Origin: a virus
Direction: 5' to 3' (one strand)
IMG/VR virus record: IMGVR_UViG_3300037244_000023
DNA length: 55,266 nucleotides
Each line of letters begins with the position of its first letter. Within the stretch, counting starts at the first letter, position 1. The position numbers and the translations under genes are program-made. Shown here in pieces: positions 15,585-25,868 of this stretch. The notes beneath the pieces are model-generated. The model saw only the letters and a list, made by a program, of their open reading frames with translations, ran no database searches and had not been told where the DNA came from.

Positions 15585-15926
15585 TCATGCCTCGATTTCC
15601 CAACGGAGACGCATTACGGCACTGTGGCCCGACTGGGAGAAGGAAACGATATAGCCGAGTTTCTTGTAATGATTGCTAAGCATAGAAAGCAATGCTTGCA
15701 TCCCCTCGCTAAAGCCCTTTTCTGAAAATTCAGGGTCTTCCATATTCACCAATAGCCCATGCTGACCACGGGCCTTGGCAGCACGAATCTCTTTGTCAAT
15801 ATATGCATATAGTGCATTTAGGTCACGCTGGAGATCAGAATCTCCGGGGGGCAGGATCAATGCCATATCTTTTGCCGCAAGGGGTGAGGAAGACATCATG
15901 AATGCAAGAGCGAGGGGTTGGATCAT
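15585..15926 (-). CDS. Hypothetical protein with a hydrophobic N-terminal signal-like segment, downstream partner of the Tlde1-like gene
   Basis: Begins MIQPLALAFMMSSSPLAAKD. Its start overlaps the upstream stop by 4 nt. Confidence 0.5.
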   Translation of the reverse strand: MIQPLALAFMMSSSPLAAKDMALILPPGDSDLQRDLNALYAYIDKEIRAAKARGQHGLLVNMEDPEFSEKGFSEGMQALLSMLSNHYKKLGYIVSFSQSGHSAVMRLRWEIEA

Positions 15927-16297
15927 GCCACCACCTGTAAGCGGGTATCCCCGGAATCCGCAATGGCTTGGCGGTATGGAAGCCCGAGGATCACGCAGCC
16001 ATCGCTGGACAACTCAGGGTGGGCCGCTTCAGCCCCATGAACGTCAAACCCTCCGCGCCCTTCCATATCATTGTCTGCATCGGGTATCAGTTTAAACACC
16101 ACATTACCTAGATGGGGCAGATCGAATGGTCCGGTAATGGTGTACCAGCCCTGGACGATGGGGCCATGATCCTTGATAAATTCCGAGTCTGGGTTGTTCA
16201 TATCCTGACCGACTTCGTTATTCCCAGAGAACCCCTGCGCGGTGGTCCCGTCTGGGTAGGTCCAGATACCCGTGGATTCAGAATAGGTGTGACTCAT
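15923..16297 (-). CDS. DUF2778/Tlde1-like (YkuD-fold L,D-transpeptidase/carboxypeptidase-type) protein; candidate cell-wall enzyme
   Basis: The pattern GWYTITGPF...FKLIPD...GRGGFDVHG...SSDGCVIL...R matches the G-Y..L-P..GR..F-IHG..S-GCI signature of this family. Confidence 0.55.
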   Translation of the reverse strand: MSHTYSESTGIWTYPDGTTAQGFSGNNEVGQDMNNPDSEFIKDHGPIVQGWYTITGPFDLPHLGNVVFKLIPDADNDMEGRGGFDVHGAEAAHPELSSDGCVILGLPYRQAIADSGDTRLQVVA

Positions 16298-16339
16298 CTG
16301 ACATGCTCCAGGAAACCCCGTCCTTTAGGGCGGAGATAT

Positions 16340-16618
16340 TTACTTATTCTCCCATCCATGCCGCGCTGCGGCAATTTCAAGATAAGTGATACGGTCCAAT
16401 TCCTTGGCCCTGACTTCCCGGTACTCCTGAAGTTCCTGCCTGAATTCCGCCATTCTTGATTCTATATTCTTGTTCTGTTCAATAATGGCCGTGCTCTTTT
16501 CGCTGAGATCAACGGTTTTGAGGCAAAGCCAGCCAACCAATCCGGTTGATACACAAAATAAGCCCACAAAGACATATACGATGATTTCGTTGAATATAAC
16601 TTTGTTATCAGCCGTCAT
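16340..16618 (-). CDS. N-terminal TM plus coiled-coil protein (spanin- or holin-like)
   Basis: AAGGGGAAAGGA precedes the ATG at 16618. It has the TM segment IIVYVFVGLFCVSTGLVGWLCL followed by a charged helix. The track ORF extends to 16750. Confidence 0.5.
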   Translation of the reverse strand: MTADNKVIFNEIIVYVFVGLFCVSTGLVGWLCLKTVDLSEKSTAIIEQNKNIESRMAEFRQELQEYREVRAKELDRITYLEIAAARHGWENK

Positions 16619-16778
16619 CTGTGTCCTTTCCCCTTGGGCGTCTTTGGTTTCACTTTCTTTGGTAGGTGCTTCCCCTTCGTTGCCGCATCCCATTCGGAGA
16701 CTGCGCTGGGACCGCCCAGTGCTTCTTCTCCTGCGGGAGTGTGCCCCCATTTCCTCTGCTGATTAGATTTCCAGGGCA

Positions 16779-17096
16779 TCACTTACCTCCGAATCCACCA
16801 CCACCCTTGCCACCACCAGCCCCGAATGTGCCAGAGTCCCCAGAATCAAAACTTCCATATGCAGCGGCAAGTGCATCAATGTCCCCCTTATACGCTGAAC
16901 CCCCCATCTTCTTCAGGGTGCGGGTCTGGGCACTCTGCTCATCCATGGCATCAGGGTCAGGAGTATCCCCCTGGACCTGTTTCTTGGTCTTGGGTTTGCC
17001 AGCAAACTCCATCATCTGCTTATTGACGGTGTGTTTAAACTGGTTCTTCTTCATCTGCATGAACTGTGGGTAGATACTGCCTGGATTACTTGCCAT
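16779..17096 (-). CDS. Hypothetical protein with a Gly-rich C-terminus
   Basis: ORF from the track, part of the tightly packed minus-strand gene string. Confidence 0.5.
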   Translation of the reverse strand: MASNPGSIYPQFMQMKKNQFKHTVNKQMMEFAGKPKTKKQVQGDTPDPDAMDEQSAQTRTLKKMGGSAYKGDIDALAAAYGSFDSGDSGTFGAGGGKGGGGFGGK

Positions 17097-17325
17097 GTTT
17101 CATCTCCGTGTATGGCTGGTAGGTCTTTTTTAGAATACGCCGCGCATCGCAGAACTCCTCTGCGGCAGCAACACGAAGTTTATGCCGTTTGGCACGGCAA
17201 GCGGCTTCAGCCTCCCCTTCCTTGGGGGACTTGGCTTTCAGTTGGTCAATCTTGTGCATCTTGGCATCAAAGGTCTGCCTGATCTGGGCTTCTCGCTGTT
17301 GATTGAATTGCGTGTAAATGCTCAT
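17086..17325 (-). CDS. Hypothetical basic helical protein (79 aa)
   Basis: ORF from the track; its start overlaps the upstream stop. Confidence 0.5.
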   Translation of the reverse strand: MSIYTQFNQQREAQIRQTFDAKMHKIDQLKAKSPKEGEAEAACRAKRHKLRVAAAEEFCDARRILKKTYQPYTEMKHGK

Positions 17326-19808
17326 CGGTCTGCCCTTTCTCCAAGGGTTCTGGTTGCGCCAATACCCAAGACCTTCGGAATCTGATTGGTCACTAAGTTC
17401 ACATATTCCTTGGACTTGGGAGACAAATGAGCGGCACTTTGAAGCAACACTCGCCCCTGCGGGTCAGTCATGAGCTTCAGCGCATTCTCTTTATTCATCC
17501 AGTCATATGCTTTACTGGCGACCCCCATGACTGTGGGTTGAACCAATTCCCGCAATTGCGTTTGCATGGGAGGAGTGCCTCTGGCAACGTCAGCACCAGC
17601 CACGGTTCTCATGATCTTTGCCATGCCCAGAGAAATCCGGCTGTCTTCCCCGCCAGGGAAGGCCACCTTCATGGTTCCCCTGTTGTGATATTGATCTAGC
17701 ACATCAGCAACTTTGCCCGCATTGAACGTGCGCCCCATAGACCCGCCTTGGGTGACTTCCCCTGCATTCAGCGCATCTTCCATAAGCCCCCAACGCACAG
17801 CCTTTTGGCCTTTAGAGGGGAGAATGTTAAAGAACCGCTGTTGCTCTGCGGGGTCTTTAGTCTTGAATAGTTTGGCGGCGGCGGTGGCATCGGTATCAGC
17901 CAGAGCCTTACCGAAAGCGTCATCCTTGAATGGGACTACTTTATCTTTATAGAATGCGGAAGCATCATCATATAACTTACCCACTTCTGGGTTCTTCTTG
18001 GCAAAATCAGCCAAGTCCTTTTCAATGGCCGTAACCGTATCTCGGTATGCACTAATTTCAGTAGCAGTTAGTCCCTTTTGGCCCGCTACCACTGTCCCCT
18101 TTTCTGCGGCTCTGACCCTATCCAATAGGGAAGTCCGAAGCCTACGCAAGCCACCGAAGGTCATGTCCTGGGTAGCGGGAATTTCTGGGGTTCCAGGAGT
18201 GGGGAAATTGGGGGCGGGAGGGGCGGGAGCGGAAACTCCACCACGGGCGGTAAAAGAAACAGGCCCGGTGGGGGCAGGAGAAGAAAACCCCAACCCATCA
18301 AGACTCGGCTGTGCTTGGCTAGGAGTGCCCAGATTAGGTTGCTGGTTGGCACTCCCTACCATGGAGGGGCCATGTGCGCCGGGGATCAAGTCAGGGGCAC
18401 CCGGCGCTTCAGGAACCAGCCCCATGGACCCGCTCCCGCCAACCGTGGGAGTCCCAGGCTTGCCCTCAACCCCCTTCTGAATCTTTTGCAGGAAATTGTG
18501 GCCCGTTTCCCCCATCTCTGCGGAATTGCTCCCGAGCCGCTTGATACTGGATTGTAACTGAGCCCTTAGATGGTCCCCAGGCAGATTACCAAGGGGGTTA
18601 GCTGCCGCTTCAGCCAAATCAAATTTCGCATCAGCGGTCAACTTATCCAGGAACAGGGAAACATTCCCACTGTGTTTTACAATGGTTTGCCAATCTTCAC
18701 CAGAATTTTTAATGGCAGTCAAAAGTGCAGTTGCTTGGTTAGCCCGCTTCCCCGCACCAGCGGCAGCGGCTTCAATCGCATCCAGATTGCCCCACCCCTC
18801 TTTGAGCGCGGTTTGCTTGAGATCATCCACAACTCCCTGGACATGGGCTAGGGATTCCTGATTCACCATGCGTCGGTTCCGCATCATTTCGCGGTTATTC
18901 ATAGCCATGCTATTTTGCTGTGCTTGCATGGTCTGATCACCTGTGGCATCGGCCCAGGTGGCACTCTTAATGCCCCGTTGATGGAGTTCATCCATCAATT
19001 CTGGCGCACCAGCATATTCAGGGTTGATCTTGGCCCCCAATCCAAATTTTTCAGCTAGAGTGGGGAACTTTTCAGCCAGGGCGGCAACCGCTTTAGACCC
19101 CATCCAACTAACTGCTTTCTCAGCGGGGAGGGAAGCCAAACCAAATGCGCCACCAACCCCCGTAGACAGCCAAGTGGCATTTGGGTCAAGCCCTGCATAT
19201 GCAGCACCGATACCCACCCTGGTCATAAGCTGTTTGCCCAAGGTGGCTTCTGCCCCAGCCCCACCAAGCAAGTTCATGGGGTTAGCAACTACCTGATTGA
19301 TTACAGGATGGCCTACCCCTTGTTCCATCTGCCTTCGTTCTGCTTCAATCCCCTTGTCCCGCGCAGATTCTTTGTTGTAAGTCTCATCGCTAACCAGTCC
19401 CATGGAATGCAATGCGTTTAACCCATGGCTCCAAATCCCACGCATGGGTTGCTGGAAATTGGAGTGGGCTAACAGCAAGTTATTCTTGATCCCCGCCATG
19501 GCTTCCGGCTTGGCAGCTTCCGCTTCGGGGGTAGTGAGAGCGTTTAAACCGCCAGGACTATGTGCCGCAGCCTGAGAACCGGCGGAAATCTGTTCGTTGC
19601 TGGGATGTGCCGCCCCGGCATCGCTGTATCCAGTAGGTGCAGGAGGTTTCGTGGGAGTAGCCGCAACCCCTGCATCCTGATTGGTCGTGCCCGCCTGGGG
19701 GGGAGTAGATTGTTTCGCTTGCAATGCCCGTAGACGAGTTGCCAATTCCGGGGTTATAACGTCCGGCATATCAACAACTGACCCATCTGGCATTGTTACT
19801 TGCGGCAT
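17322..19808 (-). CDS. Large virion-associated protein (828 aa; putative internal/ejection-type protein)
   Basis: Long Ala/Gly/Gln/Pro-rich ORF. It is the last of three consecutive such genes downstream of the tail genes, as in podovirus internal-protein modules. Confidence 0.55.
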   Translation of the reverse strand: MPQVTMPDGSVVDMPDVITPELATRLRALQAKQSTPPQAGTTNQDAGVAATPTKPPAPTGYSDAGAAHPSNEQISAGSQAAAHSPGGLNALTTPEAEAAKPEAMAGIKNNLLLAHSNFQQPMRGIWSHGLNALHSMGLVSDETYNKESARDKGIEAERRQMEQGVGHPVINQVVANPMNLLGGAGAEATLGKQLMTRVGIGAAYAGLDPNATWLSTGVGGAFGLASLPAEKAVSWMGSKAVAALAEKFPTLAEKFGLGAKINPEYAGAPELMDELHQRGIKSATWADATGDQTMQAQQNSMAMNNREMMRNRRMVNQESLAHVQGVVDDLKQTALKEGWGNLDAIEAAAAGAGKRANQATALLTAIKNSGEDWQTIVKHSGNVSLFLDKLTADAKFDLAEAAANPLGNLPGDHLRAQLQSSIKRLGSNSAEMGETGHNFLQKIQKGVEGKPGTPTVGGSGSMGLVPEAPGAPDLIPGAHGPSMVGSANQQPNLGTPSQAQPSLDGLGFSSPAPTGPVSFTARGGVSAPAPPAPNFPTPGTPEIPATQDMTFGGLRRLRTSLLDRVRAAEKGTVVAGQKGLTATEISAYRDTVTAIEKDLADFAKKNPEVGKLYDDASAFYKDKVVPFKDDAFGKALADTDATAAAKLFKTKDPAEQQRFFNILPSKGQKAVRWGLMEDALNAGEVTQGGSMGRTFNAGKVADVLDQYHNRGTMKVAFPGGEDSRISLGMAKIMRTVAGADVARGTPPMQTQLRELVQPTVMGVASKAYDWMNKENALKLMTDPQGRVLLQSAAHLSPKSKEYVNLVTNQIPKVLGIGATRTLGERADR

Positions 19809-19809
19809 C

Positions 19810-21396
19810 TTAAACTCCGTGCTTGGTTAGATAGTCAGCAAGAGGAATTGCTGGCGCTTTCGCTGCGGGAGGTTGTGGGGCTTCGGTGCCCCCACCCCCA
19901 CCACCCCGATTTCCAGGGGTATGCTTAATACCAAGACTTTGCAGCACTTCAAGGGATGCCGGGTCCATCAGGTTCAGGGGAACCCGGTTGGGGTTGCTGC
20001 GGTTCAGGATGTTTTCCTTGGCTGCAACTGTCTTATCCATCAGATTACCAACCGCATGGAGTTTAGCGATAATCACACTCAACGGCGCATCCGGGTTGAA
20101 TACCGCTTCTCGCTTGAGATCACCTGTCACATTCTGACCAGCGCCCAAAGCCTTGCCATATTCTTCCGAAAGGGACAATGCCGTGGTATATAACTCAGCA
20201 AGAGTTTCGTTGCCTTGTGCATGTGACTTCAGCCAGTTTAGACTATGGTTAACAATGTCTGATCTGGTTGCATTATCAAGAGGCCCCAATGTCTTCTGGA
20301 AGTCGCCAATGTGGCCAAGCGCAGCGTTACTTGCCGTGACTTGTGCATCCTTCATGGCATCTTGCTTTAGCTTGTAGTCGCGGAAGGATACATTGTGATC
20401 AATCTTTGCGCCCCAAGCCTGAATGGTCTTGTCAATCACCGTGCTGCGGCTACCGCCAGGGGGAAGATCGCCATTCATGTACTGGTCAAGCAGGTTCACA
20501 TAATTAGGGGCTTTCTTCTGCGCTTCCTTGAACGCAGGGTGATCGCGCCAAGGACGGGCCGGGTCAGATTCCATTTCTACGGGATTACCAGAAGAAGGCA
20601 TTTGCATCATAAGGGCCATCGACCCAGATGCTTTGGGCGCATTTATTGCTTTGATTCTGTTCTCGGCATCTTCATGTGAGATGTCTCCCCTTTTCTCTGA
20701 CAATCTTATTTTAGCAACTTCTTCTAACTGCGGCTTATTGGCAGTATTCTCGGAAGCGGTTACTCTTGCGTTGGCCGAATTTTCAGATGCAGTCACCCTA
20801 CTCCCAGCCATTAGGGATGCAGAGAATTTCTTAGTTTCCATATCAGCAAGTTCTTTGGGGGTGAACCCCATGTGGTCCAGTGCATCTTTATTCATGCCTT
20901 GAATTATGTTCCCATCCTTGTCCTTGCCAACAACCGCATTCCTTGTGGGATCATATTCAACTTTGGCAATATCTGGAGATAAGATCCCGGCACGGTGCCC
21001 AACTTCAAGGGCCTTGTCATAATCATTAACCCTGGATGCTTGCCCCATCAAGGATAGCGCAAGGTCCATCTTCTGCCCGCGCAAGGTCTGCGCTTGCTGC
21101 GTGGCTGCATTAGCCTGATCACCACGCCCAGCCGCAGCCATGTCCTGTGCGGATTTCTGATATGCAGAAATCTGATTATTATAATTGGCCAAGAGGTCAT
21201 TTGACTGCGGTTGTCCAGCCATATTCCCAGCCAGGGACTTGCTCATATCAAGCCCGCCCTGGACCTTATTTTGTTCCTCTGCCGCCTGAGATTGGCCAAT
21301 AGATGCTTTGGCTTGTGCGAGTTGAAGTCCTGCGATGTCCTGCGGCACATTTGCCAGTGCACTTCCTGCCGCTGATAATGCTAGACCGTTAGCCAT
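19810..21396 (-). CDS. Virion-associated protein (528 aa; putative internal protein)
   Basis: Assigned from composition and position. It sits 1 nt from both neighbours. Confidence 0.55.
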   Translation of the reverse strand: MANGLALSAAGSALANVPQDIAGLQLAQAKASIGQSQAAEEQNKVQGGLDMSKSLAGNMAGQPQSNDLLANYNNQISAYQKSAQDMAAAGRGDQANAATQQAQTLRGQKMDLALSLMGQASRVNDYDKALEVGHRAGILSPDIAKVEYDPTRNAVVGKDKDGNIIQGMNKDALDHMGFTPKELADMETKKFSASLMAGSRVTASENSANARVTASENTANKPQLEEVAKIRLSEKRGDISHEDAENRIKAINAPKASGSMALMMQMPSSGNPVEMESDPARPWRDHPAFKEAQKKAPNYVNLLDQYMNGDLPPGGSRSTVIDKTIQAWGAKIDHNVSFRDYKLKQDAMKDAQVTASNAALGHIGDFQKTLGPLDNATRSDIVNHSLNWLKSHAQGNETLAELYTTALSLSEEYGKALGAGQNVTGDLKREAVFNPDAPLSVIIAKLHAVGNLMDKTVAAKENILNRSNPNRVPLNLMDPASLEVLQSLGIKHTPGNRGGGGGGTEAPQPPAAKAPAIPLADYLTKHGV

Positions 21397-22359
21397 TTAA
21401 TCCCCCGCCACAGCAAATGAATCCCACAGGTTTAAGCCGCCACCCATATCTGTAGGGGGTGTCCCAGTTTCGGCAGGAACGCCACCCCCGGTCTGAGACA
21501 TATCCCCTCCAGCAGGGAATTCTGAACCGCCACTTGGAGTGCCAGTCGATCCCATGCCGGGATTCCCACCGAAGCCCTGTAGGGGCAACGCAGAATATTG
21601 TTCAGGGACCCCTGCCGCCGCTGCCATATTGTTTTCTTGCACATAGGGGCTGTTCATATCAACACCATTCTCTGCGGTGCCATTGGTCCCATCGTTGGTT
21701 GTCCCACCCGGCAACTTCAGCCCGCCATTCAGCACCCCAGCCAACCCCTTGCCGAAAGCGCCAAATCCCTGTTGCATCCCTTGGTTGGCCAATGCCTGTT
21801 GCCCAGCACCAAACTTCATGGAAGAAGTTAACGCCCCTACATCAAGCTGGGTATTGCCAAGAGGGTTGTAGTGTTGTAGAAGATCCATGCCAAGTTTATT
21901 TCTGGCCTGGAGGCCGGTGTTGAACGCACTTGACAATTCGCCCACCCTGCCCATTTCGATGCCCTGTTGGCCAGCGGCTTGGGCACCAGAACCAACCATC
22001 CCCATCTTGGCCATTTGGCCGCCCAATCGTTGCTGGGATTGTTGCGCCTGGGTATTGATGGCTCCCAGGTTCGCACCGTAGTTCATCGGCAACGGGCTGG
22101 CGGCTTCGTGCGCCATTTGGGTTTCGATGGGTTGGTAAACCTGCGCTTGCTGGGCAGCGAAGGCGTCCCGCTTGGCTTGGTCAGCGGCTATGGCTGCTTT
22201 CTGCTGTTGCTCATATTCACTTTCCTTATTGCCGGACATGATGCCGCCAGCGAGGCCTATAACCCCACCAACAGCGGCTCCCCATGGCCCCCCGACTGCG
22301 AACCCAGCCCCTGCCCCCTGTACGGTGCTGCTTGCATCCTGTCCTGCGTTGCTACCCAT
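21397..22359 (-). CDS. Gly/Gln-rich virion-associated protein (320 aa) with an N-terminal Gly-zipper hydrophobic segment
   Basis: Contains GFAVGGPWGAAVGGVIGLAGGIMSG followed by Q/G-rich sequence. Confidence 0.55.
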   Translation of the reverse strand: MGSNAGQDASSTVQGAGAGFAVGGPWGAAVGGVIGLAGGIMSGNKESEYEQQQKAAIAADQAKRDAFAAQQAQVYQPIETQMAHEAASPLPMNYGANLGAINTQAQQSQQRLGGQMAKMGMVGSGAQAAGQQGIEMGRVGELSSAFNTGLQARNKLGMDLLQHYNPLGNTQLDVGALTSSMKFGAGQQALANQGMQQGFGAFGKGLAGVLNGGLKLPGGTTNDGTNGTAENGVDMNSPYVQENNMAAAAGVPEQYSALPLQGFGGNPGMGSTGTPSGGSEFPAGGDMSQTGGGVPAETGTPPTDMGGGLNLWDSFAVAGD

Positions 22360-22360
22360 G

Positions 22361-23041
22361 CTATGCCTCAGTTAAACTGCTGGGCGAGAATTGCCTATCG
22401 CCTATGGTTAAAAGTATCGGGTTAGATGAGGTCAAAAGCAACGGTTCCCAGTCCAGTAAAAGCGCCATACGGTTGTATGTTTGCAGTCCCTTCATAAGAA
22501 GTCCGTTTCTATAGCACATTACAAAGAACCCGGCAAAATTTGCCTGTTCCTGTGGACATATATCGGGTAGTGGGAAGCCAGCATCAATGGCAAAATCATA
22601 TAGGTCGTTATCAAGCATGACATATGAATCCAGGGTGCATTCCAGGACGATGGTGTCATCAACGATACCGATCTGTTTAAACCCCATCCACTTGGCGAAA
22701 GCGACCACATATTGATGGTGGAGTTTGCACTTGGTAACAACCCGCTGAATATCCAATTCGGTAAAAACCATGCGCTGCCCCGCCCTGGCTAGGTCACGGG
22801 CATATTGGCCCCTATGATCCGGGTCAAAGGTGGTATGGACTTCCAGCGTTTCATGGTCGATAGGCTTGCACCAGAAAACGCCATGGTCATCCAGCAGGAA
22901 GAACCCCGGCAGGTTCTCGGGCTTGGCGTTGGGGTTCTTCAGCATGGTTTCGCCAGAAGCCCCCGCCCTGGAGAGGATGGCCTTGATTTGTGAGAGATCG
23001 TCAGCCGTAGCAAGTTTCAAAACTTCTCCCCTCGCGGCCAT
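22361..23041 (-). CDS. Hypothetical protein (227 aa from Met167 of the track ORF)
   Basis: The protein-like sequence begins at MAARGEVLKLATADDL. The upstream 166 codons overlap the fibre gene and are not protein-like. Confidence 0.5.
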   Translation of the reverse strand: MAARGEVLKLATADDLSQIKAILSRAGASGETMLKNPNAKPENLPGFFLLDDHGVFWCKPIDHETLEVHTTFDPDHRGQYARDLARAGQRMVFTELDIQRVVTKCKLHHQYVVAFAKWMGFKQIGIVDDTIVLECTLDSYVMLDNDLYDFAIDAGFPLPDICPQEQANFAGFFVMCYRNGLLMKGLQTYNRMALLLDWEPLLLTSSNPILLTIGDRQFSPSSLTEA

Positions 23042-23340
23042 AGCTGGCCAAAGTTCGGTCTGGGGTTCTGATAGACGGGCGGGAAAGTGGTGGCGACCCG
23101 CCAACTGGCGCGGTTCATTATCAGGTTGATGGTTGGGAGAGGTAGGATGATTGTGATGAAGGTTCTGGCCTTGAAGACAACAAAAGTAAATCTTGAATAG
23201 AGTGGGTTGATACTGAAGATGGGCGCAGCCGCCATAAAGATCCGCTTGGAAGATACATTGATTGGCATCTTCGGCAGCATGTTGTTCCAGCGCATGGTCA
23301 CGCCGGTCGGAGCGAGAAGGTTCTTGACGGGGGAAGCCAT
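23017..23340 (-). CDS. Small hydrophobic protein (107 aa)
   Basis: Starts 4 nt after the stop of the upstream gene and fills an otherwise empty gap. Confidence 0.35.
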   Translation of the reverse strand: MASPVKNLLAPTGVTMRWNNMLPKMPINVSSKRIFMAAAPIFSINPLYSRFTFVVFKARTFITIILPLPTINLIMNRASWRVATTFPPVYQNPRPNFGQLWPRGEKF

Positions 23341-23343
23341 GGG

Positions 23344-25290
23344 TTAGGTCGGGGTCTGATAGCCACCGAACAACAGTCCGGTGTTGAAGATGACATACCA
23401 CGCACCGATGAAGACAGTGGTACCCACGGGGAACGCTAGCGCGGTGGTCGCGTATTTGGCCCGTGCGCAGCCAGTGAACTGCGTCCCACCGCCACCGCCA
23501 CCAGCATATTGGATGATCTCCCCATCGATGACCAACCACCCAGCCACAGGGAAGCCAGTGGTGGAGGCCACGTTGATCGTGGTGTCTCCTGTGGCGACCG
23601 CCGTGGTGATGGTGGTGGTGAAGTCATTGCTGGGCGCGACCATCAACTGCTCAGAGGACGGGCCGGTGCCTGTGTATTTATACCAATCCAAATTGGCGAA
23701 AGATGGCCAAGTTCCTTGGGAGTAGGTGCCACCATCACCGCAAGCATAACCAGCGAAATTACCAGAAATGACAGAAAGACGATGGATAGAATATGTGGTC
23801 CCAGGAAAATTACTCGTATTCCCCGCAAATATACCCTCCCCGTATGCGGTCACCAACACACTGCCCCAAATACCATTACTTGCAGAATTGCTGACTGTGT
23901 CCTCCAGTATTCCAGGGAAAATCATTTTTGACCAAGTAGAAGGTGAATAGTAACTAGATTCCAGGTCTTTTGTGCCTCCATATGTGGCTCCTTGTAGAGC
24001 ACCAACAGCACTCCAGTAGTGAGAATACCTCCCTGTGCCGTCGGCACTCACGGCAACATCGTCTGTCCCAACAATCAACTCAATGGGAGTGCAAGGCATT
24101 CCATATGCCGCAAGGTCGGAAGTCGGGAGTTGTGAAAGGGTGCTGGCGCTGTCTCCATAGCAAGCATGGACAGGACCGTAGTAGCCCGAATTGGTCTTGG
24201 TCGCCAGAGCGATGCCGCGACTACACACCTGGAGATAGTAAATGAACCCGTTGGTGAGGTCGGTGGTCAAGGAAGCCACTACCGGGAAACCACATCCTTG
24301 AACCCCGACTGCCTGTGCGTAATTCCCGCGCAGTCGAGTGGTGATATTGACGGAGGTCATCACCGCCTGGGAGCCAGGAGTCTTCTGGACTGCGATGATC
24401 TGCCCCCCTCCAACAACCCCCACCAATGGTGTCGGCCAGATCCAATTCCATGCGGTGAAGTTTGGATCTACGCTGGAGGCCAAGGCATTGTAAAGGCCGC
24501 GTGCATTCTGCTGAGAGGTATTGCCGCCCCCTCCAGTAAAACTGACCGTGGTGCCGTTGGTGACGCTCAACGTGACCGCTCCACTACCCGCCGTGTCGAA
24601 ACTGAAGACCATGGGCATAGCCGTCAGTAGCTCCTGGAGCGGCTGTAAAGTCATGGTCGTGGCGCTGAAATTTATTCGCAGAATATCTCGGGCCACACTG
24701 TTCCCAATGACCTCAGTGACGGGCGGGATGAAGTCCGCGAACTGCTGGGTGGTGATCCAGTTCTTTGGGGTGCTGGAATCCTCCAGACACCACTCACTAA
24801 AGTATTGGTTAGTAGTTGAGCCACTGACCGTGCTGCGCCAATACTGATGAGATCCAGCACCCACAATGGTGAACTTGCGCCTTTCCTGCACTCCCCAGTT
24901 GGTGGGGGTGAAGGTCTGGAGCACGGTGAAGCCAGTAGTGAGCGAGGTGTCCGAATACTCGATGGTTACGGAAGCGGGCATGTCGATCTGTATCCCACCC
25001 TCATAGTCGTAGTACGCCTGCATATAGAGCGCCGTGGGAGTGAAGCCACCAATCACCTGAACAGCGATAGTCTGTGGGGTGGTCCCTGTCTGCCCAGCCC
25101 ACGTGGTCGGGATCATGTCAAGAGCGCCGGCTGGGTTGGTGATGGAGCCACCTACCGCCGTGGGAGCCAACCCCTGGCGCAGACACTGCCAGTTGCCTGC
25201 CTGCATCGCTGCCACAATCACACCCTGTGCTTGTGCGATGGAGTCCCCCAGCGGGATCAAAGCGGAAGACCATCCGGCGAAAGTTGACAT
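23344..25290 (-). CDS. Tail fibre/spike-like structural protein (648 aa)
   Basis: Thr/Gly/Ser-rich, beta-type composition, located in the tail module. Confidence 0.5.
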   Translation of the reverse strand: MSTFAGWSSALIPLGDSIAQAQGVIVAAMQAGNWQCLRQGLAPTAVGGSITNPAGALDMIPTTWAGQTGTTPQTIAVQVIGGFTPTALYMQAYYDYEGGIQIDMPASVTIEYSDTSLTTGFTVLQTFTPTNWGVQERRKFTIVGAGSHQYWRSTVSGSTTNQYFSEWCLEDSSTPKNWITTQQFADFIPPVTEVIGNSVARDILRINFSATTMTLQPLQELLTAMPMVFSFDTAGSGAVTLSVTNGTTVSFTGGGGNTSQQNARGLYNALASSVDPNFTAWNWIWPTPLVGVVGGGQIIAVQKTPGSQAVMTSVNITTRLRGNYAQAVGVQGCGFPVVASLTTDLTNGFIYYLQVCSRGIALATKTNSGYYGPVHACYGDSASTLSQLPTSDLAAYGMPCTPIELIVGTDDVAVSADGTGRYSHYWSAVGALQGATYGGTKDLESSYYSPSTWSKMIFPGILEDTVSNSASNGIWGSVLVTAYGEGIFAGNTSNFPGTTYSIHRLSVISGNFAGYACGDGGTYSQGTWPSFANLDWYKYTGTGPSSEQLMVAPSNDFTTTITTAVATGDTTINVASTTGFPVAGWLVIDGEIIQYAGGGGGGTQFTGCARAKYATTALAFPVGTTVFIGAWYVIFNTGLLFGGYQTPT

Positions 25291-25292
25291 GG

Positions 25293-25868
25293 TTACTCCA
25301 TGATTAACATAGTGGCGTTGATGATGACGGCGGAAGAAGAAGCACTATTATTTTGTATGTTGAAATACATCTGCGGTGATTCAGTGGCATCCTGGTTTGG
25401 GCAGATCGGGATCGGCGTGATATACCAACTTAATGCGCCAGGGATGAACAGCATCTCCAGATACATCCCGTGATTGCCAACCGGGTCAATGGTCTGCACT
25501 CGCAGTTGATCGGCCAACGCAGCGGCATGCGTTCCGTAGATCCGCACTCGGCAGGGCACGTTGACGCTCATATTGAAGAAGAAGAACGTATGTCCCCCCA
25601 TCGGCACGGTGTCGATCTCGTAGGTGTTGGATCCCAGCACGTTGCTGGTGAAGGTGAAGGGCGCCCGGTAGACCGTGGGCGGGACCGGGGTTGGGGCTGG
25701 CGAGATGTCCGGGGTTGTGGGTAATCCTGTCCCCGCCCCGCTGATGGATTGGTTCTGCTCAATAATGGTCAACTTCCCATGGGCACGGGTAACATCGGAA
25801 TTGATCGTATTTAAAACGCGATTCAATTCCTGAACATCGTTGCTGTGGACCAGATAGGATTTTGCCAT
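25293..25868 (-). CDS. Structural protein (191 aa) with an N-terminal helix, a Pro-rich linker and a beta-rich C-domain
   Basis: ORF from the track, tightly coupled to its neighbours. Confidence 0.5.
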   Translation of the reverse strand: MAKSYLVHSNDVQELNRVLNTINSDVTRAHGKLTIIEQNQSISGAGTGLPTTPDISPAPTPVPPTVYRAPFTFTSNVLGSNTYEIDTVPMGGHTFFFFNMSVNVPCRVRIYGTHAAALADQLRVQTIDPVGNHGMYLEMLFIPGALSWYITPIPICPNQDATESPQMYFNIQNNSASSSAVIINATMLIME

